Shown: positions 9,802 to 19,131, counted from the stretch's first letter. The stretch is DNA of 64,000 bases from a virus (IMGVR_UViG_3300045740_000123:21145-85144), one strand, 5' to 3'. The notes: generated by a model not told the origin, from the letters alone. Numbers and translations: made by a program.

Positions 9802-10220
9802 GTCTGAATTTTTGGGCTAACTAGGGAAAATCGGTACAAAATTAGGGTTTTAGCATTTTATTGGCTTTTTTGTTTAAAAGAATGGCCCCATAGCATCCAA
9901 ATAGGGTATAAAATTACCTGACGCTTCTCCCACCGCCCAACCGGCAGAGTTGCTGGAGAGAAAAAAGAAAGCGTGGGGTAGATTACCAAGGGTAAGCGAG
10001 AGTAACCTAATGAGTTTTTAATAGTGTGAATATAGAAGACGACGAATGTGGGCTGTAATCACACGAAACACCCACGAAACGTCGCTTAGTATACTATTAA
10101 CTACGGTAATTAGGTAGGAAATCCACGCGTTCTTAGTCTGCATATAAGACAGTGTGTATCTAACTGGATGATCGGGGGCTGCGCATCCGAACCACGCAGA
10201 CGTTCCACAGCAACTCAGCC

Positions 10221-10409
10221 ATGCTTTTCTACGTCACAACGTCAGATGTTTACTGCGACGACTTCGCACCTGAATACACCACCAAATTCTTCAGAACACG
10301 TGAGGCTCTTGAGGCTTACGTTGTGACTCTTGAAGATGATGAGGTGCATTCAATGGGCGAATTAACTGAGCAGCAGCAGGAGCATTACTCCCAGCTGATT
10401 CCATTCTGA
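10221..10409 (+). CDS. small acidic early protein
   Basis: first ORF of the long plus-strand small-gene run. Confidence 0.6.
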   Translation: MLFYVTTSDVYCDDFAPEYTTKFFRTREALEAYVVTLEDDEVHSMGELTEQQQEHYSQLIPF

Positions 10410-10464
10410 GTACCAGGCGTGATGCCGGGGGATCGAATCCCCCACTCAGCATTGCCACACTCAC

Positions 10465-10653
10465 GTGGCATCCACTCAACGCAACATGATTCGCCAGCGA
10501 TTGTCCCAGCTCCTTGCTGTCGCCGCAGTCAAGGTAGCTCAAGACCAAACTCCTGAGAAGATCAAAGCTCAGCTCAATGTGCGTCGTGAAGCATTGGCCG
10601 TCGAGGTCAATGGTTACCGCAACGCACTGGCCAACCTCATCGCAGCTAAATGA
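10465..10653 (+). CDS. small hypothetical protein
   Basis: 62-aa ORF; ATGA-type overlap with the next gene; start uncertain. Confidence 0.55.
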   Translation: MASTQRNMIRQRLSQLLAVAAVKVAQDQTPEKIKAQLNVRREALAVEVNGYRNALANLIAAK

Positions 10654-10916
10654 CCATGCAAGAAGCTATTAAGTCTCCAGTGATGATTTACGAGCCAGAA
10701 CGTCCACGGGGCTATCGAGTCACGTGGTATGGCGGTGAATCAACCTATCTGCATTTCGAACGTTACCGTTATCCTCAAGATGATTGGTATGAAGAGAGTG
10801 TACAGTCTCTGTGCATGAACTTCCCAACAGGCGTCAAGGAACTGTATCAAGCCATGCTTGAGTTTTATGACGCCTCAATCCTTGAGGAGATGGAGAAGTT
10901 CGCACGCAGAACATAA
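10650..10916 (+). CDS. hypothetical protein
   Basis: 88-aa ORF. Confidence 0.65.
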   Translation: MTMQEAIKSPVMIYEPERPRGYRVTWYGGESTYLHFERYRYPQDDWYEESVQSLCMNFPTGVKELYQAMLEFYDASILEEMEKFARRT

Positions 10917-10991
10917 GATTCTTGCTCTAAGGGGCTACGGCCCTTTACTGCAGGACTCAACTCCTGCTTCGTTCAACTCAACTCAAGTCAA

Positions 10992-11387
10992 ATGTCTGAC
11001 TACAAGAAGCTGCCTGACTTCCAGCAAACCGTACTGCACGGACGTATTGCTCACATGGAGGTGGCTGAGTACCAGGATCGCAAGTTCCTTGCTGTATCCC
11101 TGGTGCACACCATCTCCGAAACAGCAGATCTCCGTATCAAGTTCACCAACAGCAACGGGTTGCTTACGGCATACAACAATGGCACTCTTGTCGTAGGGCA
11201 AGAGCTGACCATCAGCGGTACCATCAGAGGCATTCGTGCCTTCTACATGAAGGAAGATGTCCTGACTCCGCTCAAGATGCCGGAAGTGCAATTCCGTTGC
11301 ATGAGTTATGCCTTTGGTTCCAAGCCTCAGCCCAAGGCAGAGGTCACACCAATGGCAGAACCTACGCTGGAAGAGATTCCCTTCTGA
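10992..11387 (+). CDS. putative single-stranded DNA-binding (OB-fold) protein
   Basis: beta-rich 131-aa protein with LVVGQELTISGTI and an SSB-like acidic tail EEIPF. Confidence 0.6.
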   Translation: MSDYKKLPDFQQTVLHGRIAHMEVAEYQDRKFLAVSLVHTISETADLRIKFTNSNGLLTAYNNGTLVVGQELTISGTIRGIRAFYMKEDVLTPLKMPEVQFRCMSYAFGSKPQPKAEVTPMAEPTLEEIPF

Positions 11388-11495
11388 CTGATCCCTGCAC
11401 TTAACCCTTCCTTCCTGATACGAATTCGTATCGGACGGTGGGTTTTCTGCAGGCATCTCGCCTGCTAGTCCACATTCCAACTCACATGACTCAAC

Positions 11496-11711
11496 ATGAA
11501 ACACACAACACGTCTTGGACCCAACCGTTACATCAGACTTGATTCTTACGGTGAGTCCCGTCAAAATCGCCGTACCAACTTCCTTTGCACACTCTTCATC
11601 ATTGCCATCGTGGCAATCACAGGTGGCGCAATGGTCGGCGTTGACATCACTGATCCAAACCTCTATCTCAACCAACAGAACAATGGGAATACACGTAGCC
11701 CTGGTCGCTGA
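11496..11711 (+). CDS. small membrane protein
   Basis: one hydrophobic helix LCTLFIIAIVAITGGAMVGV. Confidence 0.55.
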   Translation: MKHTTRLGPNRYIRLDSYGESRQNRRTNFLCTLFIIAIVAITGGAMVGVDITDPNLYLNQQNNGNTRSPGR

Positions 11712-11910
11712 TCAAAGCGGTCGTTACGCCCATGTCTGGGGCACTGCACGGACCTTCAATCAATTCCACGAGCAACTCGAAGACATTGGCTGCGAGGTGA
11801 TCGAGGATCAATCGAATGAATGGGACGGCTGCACCAGAGATGAAATTGCTGAGGACTGCCTGTCAGTGCATCAGCTGCTCAACGACTCGGACTTCATCCC
11901 GCACGACTGA
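11683..11910 (+). CDS. small acidic hypothetical protein
   Basis: likely starts at the internal ATG (MGIHVALVAD) of track ORF 11515..11910. Confidence 0.55.
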   Translation: MGIHVALVADQSGRYAHVWGTARTFNQFHEQLEDIGCEVIEDQSNEWDGCTRDEIAEDCLSVHQLLNDSDFIPHD

Positions 11911-12017
11911 CTACATCTGGTGTCCCGCAGACAGACCACGCTACGGCTGGTACTTGCATCCATGTATGTACCAGCTATTCTCTACCTGCATCCACTGCAC
12001 TCATCTCAACCAAAGAC

Positions 12018-12524
12018 ATGGAAGCTCTTAGCCAACTCGATGTCACTGCACCAGATCATGTCTCTGTCATTACCAGGGACGGCAAGGTGACGATCTCGGT
12101 GCTGAAGGATGGAACCTCAGTCACTCTGGGATTTCCTATCCGAACACCGTGGAATGAGTCAACTCCCCGTCCCCCTCTGCAGCAGACATCACCACAGGCT
12201 CAAGGCCGTGGGATGACCAAGGAAGAAGGCCTTGCTTATCTGCAGAAGCTCGCAGATCAAGATCGTGCAAAGGCTACGACAACCACACGGATCAAACCTG
12301 TGGGTGCTCCTGGTACTACACATACGCGTTATCGCGGTCCTGTACCAAAGCTCACACCCATTCATGTACGTGAGATCAAACAACTCATCAACGATGAGAA
12401 GTACATGGGTGGATGGACAAGCAAAACTCAGGCGTACCAAGCCATTGGTCGCCGTTACAACGTGACAGGCTGCGCGATCAGTAATATCGCACGCGGTATT
12501 GCCTGGAGCGATATCAAAGTCTGA
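12018..12524 (+). CDS. DNA-binding protein with C-terminal HTH
   Basis: KLTPIHVREIK...QAIGRRYNVTGCAISNIARGIAW resembles the HTH found at the end of HNH proteins; no nuclease motif seen. Confidence 0.6.
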   Translation: MEALSQLDVTAPDHVSVITRDGKVTISVLKDGTSVTLGFPIRTPWNESTPRPPLQQTSPQAQGRGMTKEEGLAYLQKLADQDRAKATTTTRIKPVGAPGTTHTRYRGPVPKLTPIHVREIKQLINDEKYMGGWTSKTQAYQAIGRRYNVTGCAISNIARGIAWSDIKV

Positions 12525-12628
12525 CACGCACAACCTGGGCCTCCACTCTTGAGAACTCTTCTCAATAAGTGGTATAAGTCCCAGGACAAACACTCACTTC
12601 ACTCAATTCAAACCATCACAAACATTGA

Positions 12629-12803
12629 CATGCTCCAAGAAGATGCCATGTTCCCTTGGCTTGCCGATGGATCAATGGCAGATCTTGACAACAACTACAA
12701 CGCAGACTTGCTCGATGCCATGGCTGATCAGTTCGAAGAACAAGAAGAAGCCATGCGTGAATCAGATCCACAAGAATGGGAGGGCTACGATGACGAATCG
12801 TAA
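12629..12803 (+). CDS. small highly acidic protein
   Basis: MLQEDAMFPW...YDDES; start chosen downstream of the ACTCAATTCA leader (approximate). Confidence 0.5.
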
Positions 12804-12878
12804 GCACGAGGATGACATCTTCATCCACATTCTTGTCATCATTTCAATCCTCATTGAAACATTCATCGACGCAATCAA

Positions 12879-13247
12879 ATGTCTTACATCTCTGAACTCC
12901 AAAAGTTCTACCCCAAAACCTACAAAGCTCGTCTCGCCATCCAGCGATACGACACCCACATCGAATGGGAACATGAAGTCCCAACGACTGTCACCGTCCA
13001 CGAAACCACGCTCAACTACGGCGGTCCAGAAGAAGGTGGTTGGTACTACCAAGCAGGACTCCCAGTCCTCACCCACTGCATCTTCTCCAAGAAGCAAGCG
13101 GTCCAAACCTTCATCCAATACTTCGACGAGTACGAGATCGCAGACCAGCCAAGCCTCGGGCTCTCGACGACGTACCACAACTACGAAGTCAACTTCGCCA
13201 ACGGATACGCTACTGTCTATCCCGAATCTAGACCTCACTACTGCTAA
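12879..13247 (+). CDS. conserved-looking phage hypothetical protein (YGGPEEGGWYY motif)
   Basis: 122-aa ORF; TAATG coupling to the next gene. Confidence 0.7.
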   Translation: MSYISELQKFYPKTYKARLAIQRYDTHIEWEHEVPTTVTVHETTLNYGGPEEGGWYYQAGLPVLTHCIFSKKQAVQTFIQYFDEYEIADQPSLGLSTTYHNYEVNFANGYATVYPESRPHYC

Positions 13248-13561
13248 TGGAAACAGCCGAAGGCTGCAATCAAATCATGGAAGCAGCATCGAAAGAAGAC
13301 GTGTTGACGATGCAGACAACACAATCATTGCCTCAGGTTCGAGGACTAACCATCAATCAACGCAACATTTATCTTTACTTCTTGGCACACAAGAAGAAGC
13401 ATAAGAACACTCCGTGTTATGTACCACGGTGTTCAACACAAGTATCTCGGCTTGATCAATATCTCAACGCATTGGTCAAGCTGGAACAATACGGTTTGAT
13501 GCGTGTAGACAGAACCAGTGATAACTACACTGGCTGGATCATGCTCGAACCAAAGAACTAA
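13247..13561 (+). CDS. putative winged-helix DNA-binding protein
   Basis: LTINQRNIYLYF...YLNALVKLEQYGLMRV. Confidence 0.5.
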   Translation: METAEGCNQIMEAASKEDVLTMQTTQSLPQVRGLTINQRNIYLYFLAHKKKHKNTPCYVPRCSTQVSRLDQYLNALVKLEQYGLMRVDRTSDNYTGWIMLEPKN

Positions 13562-13675
13562 TCCTCTACGTCATATAACACTTCCGTTATACAAGCAATA
13601 ATCAAACCTGGGCATCACCGACGTAAGTACTGTGTGTAAGTCCCAGGGTTTAATCCAACCTCCACTCAATTCATC

Positions 13676-13930
13676 ATGGATCAAAACGAGTATTACTACC
13701 TTGCAGAAGTTCACTCCATCTTGAAGAATGTGCTGGCTCGCGAGAGCAAGCGCCATGAGATGGACGAACATCTTGCACCACACGCCAAAGGTGTAGTCGA
13801 AGAGATCATCACCATGCTGGAGGAAGAACTCGACTATGACCCAACTCCAAATGAACCAGGTGAACCACCCATCACTGCTGCAGAAATGCACGCAGCTGCA
13901 TGGAAGGAGCACCAGGCTATGCACTCATAA
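13676..13930 (+). CDS. hypothetical protein
   Basis: 84-aa ORF with ACTCAATTCA leader. Confidence 0.7.
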   Translation: MDQNEYYYLAEVHSILKNVLARESKRHEMDEHLAPHAKGVVEEIITMLEEELDYDPTPNEPGEPPITAAEMHAAAWKEHQAMHS

Positions 13931-14079
13931 ATCAACTGATATCTAGGTCAGCCCCCTGGACCCCCGGAGGGGAGTACCAGGGGGATACCTTTAGTTCTAT
14001 AAGAAACTATTATCTATCAACCCTAAATCAATCCTTGACAACCCTGGTAGACTTCCATCACTAATCACCTACTCAACTC

Positions 14080-14286
14080 ATGTCTAACAACAAACCAATC
14101 ATCCCCAACTCCGTAGATCCTCAAAAGCTTCAGTTCATGCAACTGACTGCAAAGATGAAAGAATCTGCAGACAAATATGGCATGGGATTCATCGGGGGCT
14201 TTGTTGCCCCCGATGGAGAAGTCTTCTACATGTCAAATATGAATGATGAAGACACCCAGGCATTACTCCCTGATCAACTCAAATGA
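14080..14286 (+). CDS. hypothetical protein
   Basis: 68-aa ORF with ACTCAACTC leader. Confidence 0.7.
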   Translation: MSNNKPIIPNSVDPQKLQFMQLTAKMKESADKYGMGFIGGFVAPDGEVFYMSNMNDEDTQALLPDQLK

Positions 14287-14449
14287 AACAAGTTATTTAC
14301 AAGGAGATCATTAGTATTGATGGCAGGGAATATACAGTTAGCAACTGTGATTATTCCGAATCAATTTATGAACTAATCCATGACAATATCTTGGAAGATG
14401 ATAACCAAGAAATTGTCAATCACATTGTTGATGACATTGTTAATTCACA

Positions 14450-14647
14450 ATGACTAAACGATCCATCATCAGTTTTGATCGCACTATCCATGGTGTGAAC
14501 ATCACCGAACACGGTGTTAAATCACTGACTAAAGCAATCAAGCTTGGGCCATTCCAACTGACACTCAATGCCAATCCCAATGGCATCAAAGGATCAGTCA
14601 GTATCCCTGGCACTGGACTAAGTATTCCAAACATTAAATTAATCTAA
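14450..14647 (+). CDS. DUF4236-like small protein
   Basis: KAIKLGPFQLTLN and SVSIPGTGLS motifs. Confidence 0.5.
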   Translation: MTKRSIISFDRTIHGVNITEHGVKSLTKAIKLGPFQLTLNANPNGIKGSVSIPGTGLSIPNIKLI

Positions 14648-14734
14648 AGAACTGGGCGTCTGTACTTGTTGTGCAAACAGCACAGAAGGAGGCAGTATAA
14701 GTCCCAGCTTCTGTCCACCTACTCAACTCAAACC

Positions 14735-14920
14735 ATGTCACTTTATCTCGACGAACTCACTCTGTTTGATCGCATCAACCTCGCTGCCTGCGCCATGCGC
14801 AGAGCATCGGAGAACACACTTGACGGCGATCGATTTCATGGAGAGTACAACAGTGCTCGTGCATGGAACAAGTACAAGTGTGTCATCACCAAAACGTATT
14901 CCTACGTGGATGAAGACTAA
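14735..14920 (+). CDS. hypothetical protein
   Basis: ATG after ACTCAACTCA leader; TAATG coupling to the next gene. Confidence 0.6.
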   Translation: MSLYLDELTLFDRINLAACAMRRASENTLDGDRFHGEYNSARAWNKYKCVITKTYSYVDED

Positions 14921-15180
14921 TGACTAATCACTGTTCAGTACTTGCCATCGAAGATGCTCAATTCACTGACACTCATGTCACAGTTACAGCTCTTGTTGAC
15001 GAAATGCGCCTACTCTATCGGGCGACTCGCTTCGATCCTGAAGAGTGGGCTCCTGCATTGTGTACAGCAACTGTCGAACTGGATCCAGAGGAACCAATCC
15101 CTCTTGATGAAGATGGCTTCTGTACCTATCTTGATCACCTCGATCCTCAATGGCAACTCGTTGACATGAGTGACGACTAA
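14920..15180 (+). CDS. acidic hypothetical protein
   Basis: 86-aa ORF. Confidence 0.7.
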   Translation: MTNHCSVLAIEDAQFTDTHVTVTALVDEMRLLYRATRFDPEEWAPALCTATVELDPEEPIPLDEDGFCTYLDHLDPQWQLVDMSDD

Positions 15181-15203
15181 TCAACTCACTCTAAATTAAA
15201 CCT

Positions 15204-15231
15204 ACGTCCTGGACATGACGTTAAACTGTCC
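15204..15231 (+). promoter_or_regulatory. repeated 5-prime-UTR pseudoknot motif, copy 1 (others at 16671, 25621, 28790, 29900, 33950)
   Basis: ACGTC-CT-GGACA-T-GACGT-TAAAC-TGTCC; compensatory changes among six copies. Confidence 0.75.
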
Positions 15232-15251
15232 ATTTACTTTAGCTATCAATC

Positions 15252-15521
15252 ATGAAACACCTGCTTTCATTGCTTGCACTCAACTTCCTTGTTGTACTGC
15301 CAGCTAATGCACAATGGGCCATGACATGTACCAGGGACCCAAACTCATCTGTCAACCTACGCAACGGTCCATCCAAGAACAACACCATCATCGCCTCCAT
15401 TCCAAACAGTCAATACCTCCGCGCATTGGACTGGGTATGGGGCGGTGATCAAGTCCGTTGGTACCGTGTCGAATACAACGGTCTTGTTGGTTGGATGCGT
15501 TCTGATTACCTCTGCCGATGA
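15252..15521 (+). CDS. secreted SH3b-domain protein
   Basis: signal peptide ending ANA, VNLRNGPS and WYRVEYNGLVGWMRSDYL. Confidence 0.85.
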   Translation: MKHLLSLLALNFLVVLPANAQWAMTCTRDPNSSVNLRNGPSKNNTIIASIPNSQYLRALDWVWGGDQVRWYRVEYNGLVGWMRSDYLCR

Positions 15522-15919
15522 CAAAGAAGATCATTCTTGGTATCGCTGTCTTCATTGGTTTCATCATTGCTTGCGCTGGTGTAGCAACTATGCAAATGGT
15601 CATGGGTTCTTTGATACCCAATAACCAGCCTGATCCAGACGGCAAGCTTGAACCTGATCCTCAGGAGAAATCCAAACAGGAATGGGAAACCAAGCTCAAA
15701 GAAGACGGACAATCAGAGTCATCCACTAAACAGGAGCCAACACCACAACCAACGGAATCCACACCGCAACAAACACCACTTGTTGTTGAGCAGCCTGTTG
15801 CACCGCAACCAGTTCCTGCTCCGCCACCACCACGTGCCCTGACAACAGGTCCTGGTAACTTTGATGCACCTCCTGCATACTACGCACCGTCTGGCGCCAC
15901 TGGCCCAGGCAATATGTAA
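15518..15919 (+). CDS. membrane-anchored Pro-rich protein
   Basis: N-terminal TM helix, low-complexity remainder, two GPGN motifs. Confidence 0.65.
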   Translation: MTKKIILGIAVFIGFIIACAGVATMQMVMGSLIPNNQPDPDGKLEPDPQEKSKQEWETKLKEDGQSESSTKQEPTPQPTESTPQQTPLVVEQPVAPQPVPAPPPPRALTTGPGNFDAPPAYYAPSGATGPGNM

Positions 15920-15922
15920 CTC

Positions 15923-16663
15923 ATGAAACTCAGAATGATTGCACTCATCTCAGCCATTGTTGGCAGCAGTTCTGCTGTTGCAGTACATACTGTCAACAAC
16001 ATGATTGCTCATCACAATGAACAGCAAGATCACCTGCGTTCATTGATGTATGCACAACCACTGGAGCAAGGGCCTGGTGACATGGCTCTCGCCGTACCAG
16101 ATGGGATGCTTCCCCTGGATGCAACACCCACTCCTGGTGCGCCTCCTGAGCCAGGCTCCGAGCGACCTGTCATTCAATTCAAGAACAACATCATCCTGCC
16201 AACGCCAAGCAAGCGGCCATCCGCAAAGCTGCTGCTGATTCGCACCAATGAAACCGTTAAGCAAACCAAGGATCCAATCTGGAAACTACAGTTGGTTGCC
16301 AACGGTCAAGTCCTGGACAGCATGCCTGCATTAACAGGACGTGCCTCGAAGCAAACAGCGAATCGCAACATTGCTGGCAACAAATCACCATTGCCTAAAG
16401 GCACATACTCCATCGATCGGTACGGCATTGCCCGTGCACCATTCGATGATCCAGAACTTGGTAAAGGATTCTGGGTACCAGTGATTCCTTTGTTCAACAC
16501 CAATCGTTCAGCCCTTGGCTTCCACCAAGATCCAAGCTGGGGCAAACTCAATGGTGAGTCCGGTACCAGTGGATGCATTGGTCTGGAATCACCTGAGGCC
16601 ACAGCAAAGCTGGTTGAATGGATCAAACATTACAACATTCAATTGTTAACAGTTGAATCGTAA
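15923..16663 (+). CDS. L,D-transpeptidase (YkuD-like) domain protein
   Basis: signal peptide; PLPKGTY, ALGFH and TSGCI (His...Cys catalytic motif). Confidence 0.75.
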   Translation: MKLRMIALISAIVGSSSAVAVHTVNNMIAHHNEQQDHLRSLMYAQPLEQGPGDMALAVPDGMLPLDATPTPGAPPEPGSERPVIQFKNNIILPTPSKRPSAKLLLIRTNETVKQTKDPIWKLQLVANGQVLDSMPALTGRASKQTANRNIAGNKSPLPKGTYSIDRYGIARAPFDDPELGKGFWVPVIPLFNTNRSALGFHQDPSWGKLNGESGTSGCIGLESPEATAKLVEWIKHYNIQLLTVES

Positions 16664-16728
16664 TGTCATCACGTCCTGAGCACGACGTTAAACTGCTCAC
16701 CACTACGAACCAACTACGAACTCAACTC

Positions 16729-18456
16729 ATGCATTTCCAACTTCCCTCTCATCTTCAACAAGAACTCCTGGCTTATGACCCAAAGCTCAAGGCTTTGGTG
16801 CGTGAGCAATCACCTAACAAGCCAACCAAGAAAGCAAAGTATCCACTCGGCAACATCCCGCATCTCATCCCACATAACGTGGTGCGTGAATCAGATCAGC
16901 AAGCTGCGATTGATCACATCAACCAGCAGCTAGCACCAAATCGTTACCGGATATTTACCACGCCTGTGGACGTAGCAACTCCTCAGGCCAGACTTAAAGT
17001 TATTGCCATCTTGTATCACTATGAACAAGTATGGTACGCAGCATGGCTGCCTCCGAAGAAAGAAGCTGATCAGTATGTGTATGGCCATGCCTACGCATTC
17101 AAGAACACATCAGCTGCTGCTAAAACTGCACCCCATCACATCTGGACCAGCAAAGACAAGTGCATCGAGCACGAAGGTGCTCGTGGTGTCCAGACCTTTA
17201 TTTACTCAATGAACATCACCAAAGGTGATATTGAATCAAGTGAAGGCAGTGGCTGGCGTGCCTATCAGTGGCAAGCAGCTAACCTTCACTGCCAAAAGGG
17301 ACGCGAGATCCTTGAGCATTGCGTCCGTCCATATGAAGCAAGCCTACGGGAAGACATGCCCACATGGTCTGACTCTCGTGGATTATTTGATCGTATTCGC
17401 TGCAAGAACATCTTTGATGCAGCTGATATGCCTCCGATGATGACTAAATGCCTGGATATAGAGCAAGGCTTAACTGTTGATAACTTACTTAATGCAGCAA
17501 TTGAATTCAACAAGAACCCTAACTTTCCATCATCAACGTTTTGTGTACTGGAAAGAATCAGTCATATCATTTCCAAGCCAGCAATCAAGAAGCTGTTGCA
17601 AGCAGAGCTTGATCGTTGCACCCTTGCATACAATGACCCAAGTAATACTGAGCGCAAGCCAATTACTCAAGGCTTTAGAACATTTATTCATGTCATTGAT
17701 TCCATTGATTGGATCAACAAAGTATGGCTTGACTGCCCACTTGATTACTACCAAACCTATTACAAAGAACTTCGTTATATCAGACTGAGTCAAGTACGTA
17801 CAAGCAGCATCAGCACCAACTCAAATGCATTTGTTGGTTGGCTACGTCAGCACATGCCTGTTGCATCGTTGTTCACAATGCTGCGTAAATATCTTGAAAC
17901 TTATACACTCAAAGGTATTGATTCAGAAGTTGGTTATCCACGCGTTGGATTCTATGAACTGAATGACACATTCTCCATGGCAATCCGCATCCTTGACCAT
18001 GGCAATGAACTCACGCCACCCAAACGGTGGCGCATCAATGAGTTCCATGACTATGTGCAAGCCGAGTCCTGGAAGATTCAGAATCCCAACGAATCATTGC
18101 GTCAAGATCTATTCCCTGAACCCATCAGGGTTACACGCAATGGTGAGACCTGGTCATTCTTCCAGCCTGTTGATACACATCAGTTGGCTATGTGGGGTCA
18201 GGCCGTACGCAACTGCGTCGGCTCTGCATCACACTATGCCGATGACATCAAGAAGCGTAAACACTTCATCGTGCTATGCATGATTGATGGCAAGCCCACA
18301 TTCACCATCCAGCTGGTGGTTGATATGGGTCTGATGTCAGTCAAGCAAATTGCTGGCGTTGCTAACCAGCGATTGACTGACGAGCAACGTGAAGCTTACA
18401 CAGAAGCTTTCCGTGAGGTCTTGCAACAACGGGAGAAGCAGCTACAATCTGCCTGA
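16729..18456 (+). CDS. PcfJ-like domain protein
   Basis: C-terminal EFHD...LAMWGQAVRNCVGS..Y...FTIQL...VKQIAGVANQ; start moved to the ATG after the pseudoknot and ACTCAACTC leader. Confidence 0.75.
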   Translation: MHFQLPSHLQQELLAYDPKLKALVREQSPNKPTKKAKYPLGNIPHLIPHNVVRESDQQAAIDHINQQLAPNRYRIFTTPVDVATPQARLKVIAILYHYEQVWYAAWLPPKKEADQYVYGHAYAFKNTSAAAKTAPHHIWTSKDKCIEHEGARGVQTFIYSMNITKGDIESSEGSGWRAYQWQAANLHCQKGREILEHCVRPYEASLREDMPTWSDSRGLFDRIRCKNIFDAADMPPMMTKCLDIEQGLTVDNLLNAAIEFNKNPNFPSSTFCVLERISHIISKPAIKKLLQAELDRCTLAYNDPSNTERKPITQGFRTFIHVIDSIDWINKVWLDCPLDYYQTYYKELRYIRLSQVRTSSISTNSNAFVGWLRQHMPVASLFTMLRKYLETYTLKGIDSEVGYPRVGFYELNDTFSMAIRILDHGNELTPPKRWRINEFHDYVQAESWKIQNPNESLRQDLFPEPIRVTRNGETWSFFQPVDTHQLAMWGQAVRNCVGSASHYADDIKKRKHFIVLCMIDGKPTFTIQLVVDMGLMSVKQIAGVANQRLTDEQREAYTEAFREVLQQREKQLQSA

Positions 18457-18506
18457 GCCCGCACGGTTTACCAGCCTTAGCCTCGATACTAGGGCTGGTT
18501 TCAACT

Positions 18507-18725
18507 ATGACCGACTACACCGATGATCAGCTACTCGCCATGGCTATGGCCAACATTGGCGAGTACATCACCGACAACTCACCTCAGTACATCTTGATTG
18601 AAGACGATCCTCGCAATGAGGATGACTACGACACATGGGAGTACGGCACTGAGCCGTTACCTCAAGACCACACTTGGCACTCCACATCGATTGATGTAGA
18701 GGTAAGTCCAAGTGAGGCCGACTAG
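18507..18725 (+). CDS. small acidic hypothetical protein
   Basis: 72-aa ORF; its stop lies in the displaced tRNA fragment. Confidence 0.6.
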   Translation: MTDYTDDQLLAMAMANIGEYITDNSPQYILIEDDPRNEDDYDTWEYGTEPLPQDHTWHSTSIDVEVSPSEAD

Positions 18726-18744
18726 CCCAACGGCAGAGGCAAGC
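18716..18744 (+). pseudogene. displaced 5-prime fragment of tRNA-Leu
   Basis: GGCCGACTAGCCCAACGGCAGAGGCAAGC matches the start of the tRNA at 19114 (acceptor strand, D-arm, start of anticodon stem). Confidence 0.85.
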
Positions 18745-19131
18745 ATGAAACTCTATGGCCCATACACTCGCAAAGATGGCAGACAACATGTCATTCTTTA
18801 CGAAAATGGCAAACGCAAAACAGTAAGCTATCCCAAGTATTTACTTGAGACAAAGCTTGGTCGATCCCTTTTGCCTCATGAAACCTGTGATCACATTGAT
18901 GGCAATCCTTTAAACAATTCTTTAGATAACTTGCAACTGCTATCCAGAGCGGATAACATACGCAAGCACGCAGCTCTTTTACCTGCAGAGCTGGGAACTT
19001 TCACTTGTCCTATTTGTTTGTGTTCATTTACAAAACGAATGCATAACACTAGGCACAATCGAAAGCAAGGAAAACGTGGACCTTATTGTTCACGTTCATG
19101 TGCAGGTAAAGCTGGCCGACTAGCCCAATAG
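18745..19131 (+). mobile_element. free-standing HNH homing endonuclease inserted in tRNA-Leu
   Basis: CDHIDGNPLNNSLDNLQLLSRADN; C-terminal CxxC and YCSRSC; flanked by duplicated tRNA 5-prime ends. Confidence 0.85.

Noticed and set aside
10983-11675. Long antisense ORFs (also 33428..33940, 58680..59156, 62120..62563 and similar)
   Set aside because: Shadows of better supported genes on the opposite strand
12625-13404. 259-aa ORF as a real gene
   Set aside because: The Ser/Thr-rich portion is the shifted frame of 12879..13247; only a short hydrophobic segment near 12793 may be coding
15204-15231. Pistol ribozyme or preQ1 riboswitch identity for the small pseudoknot repeats
   Set aside because: Only the hairpin-plus-AAA linker resembles them; pistol P2/P3 and catalytic elements and the preQ1 consensus are not present
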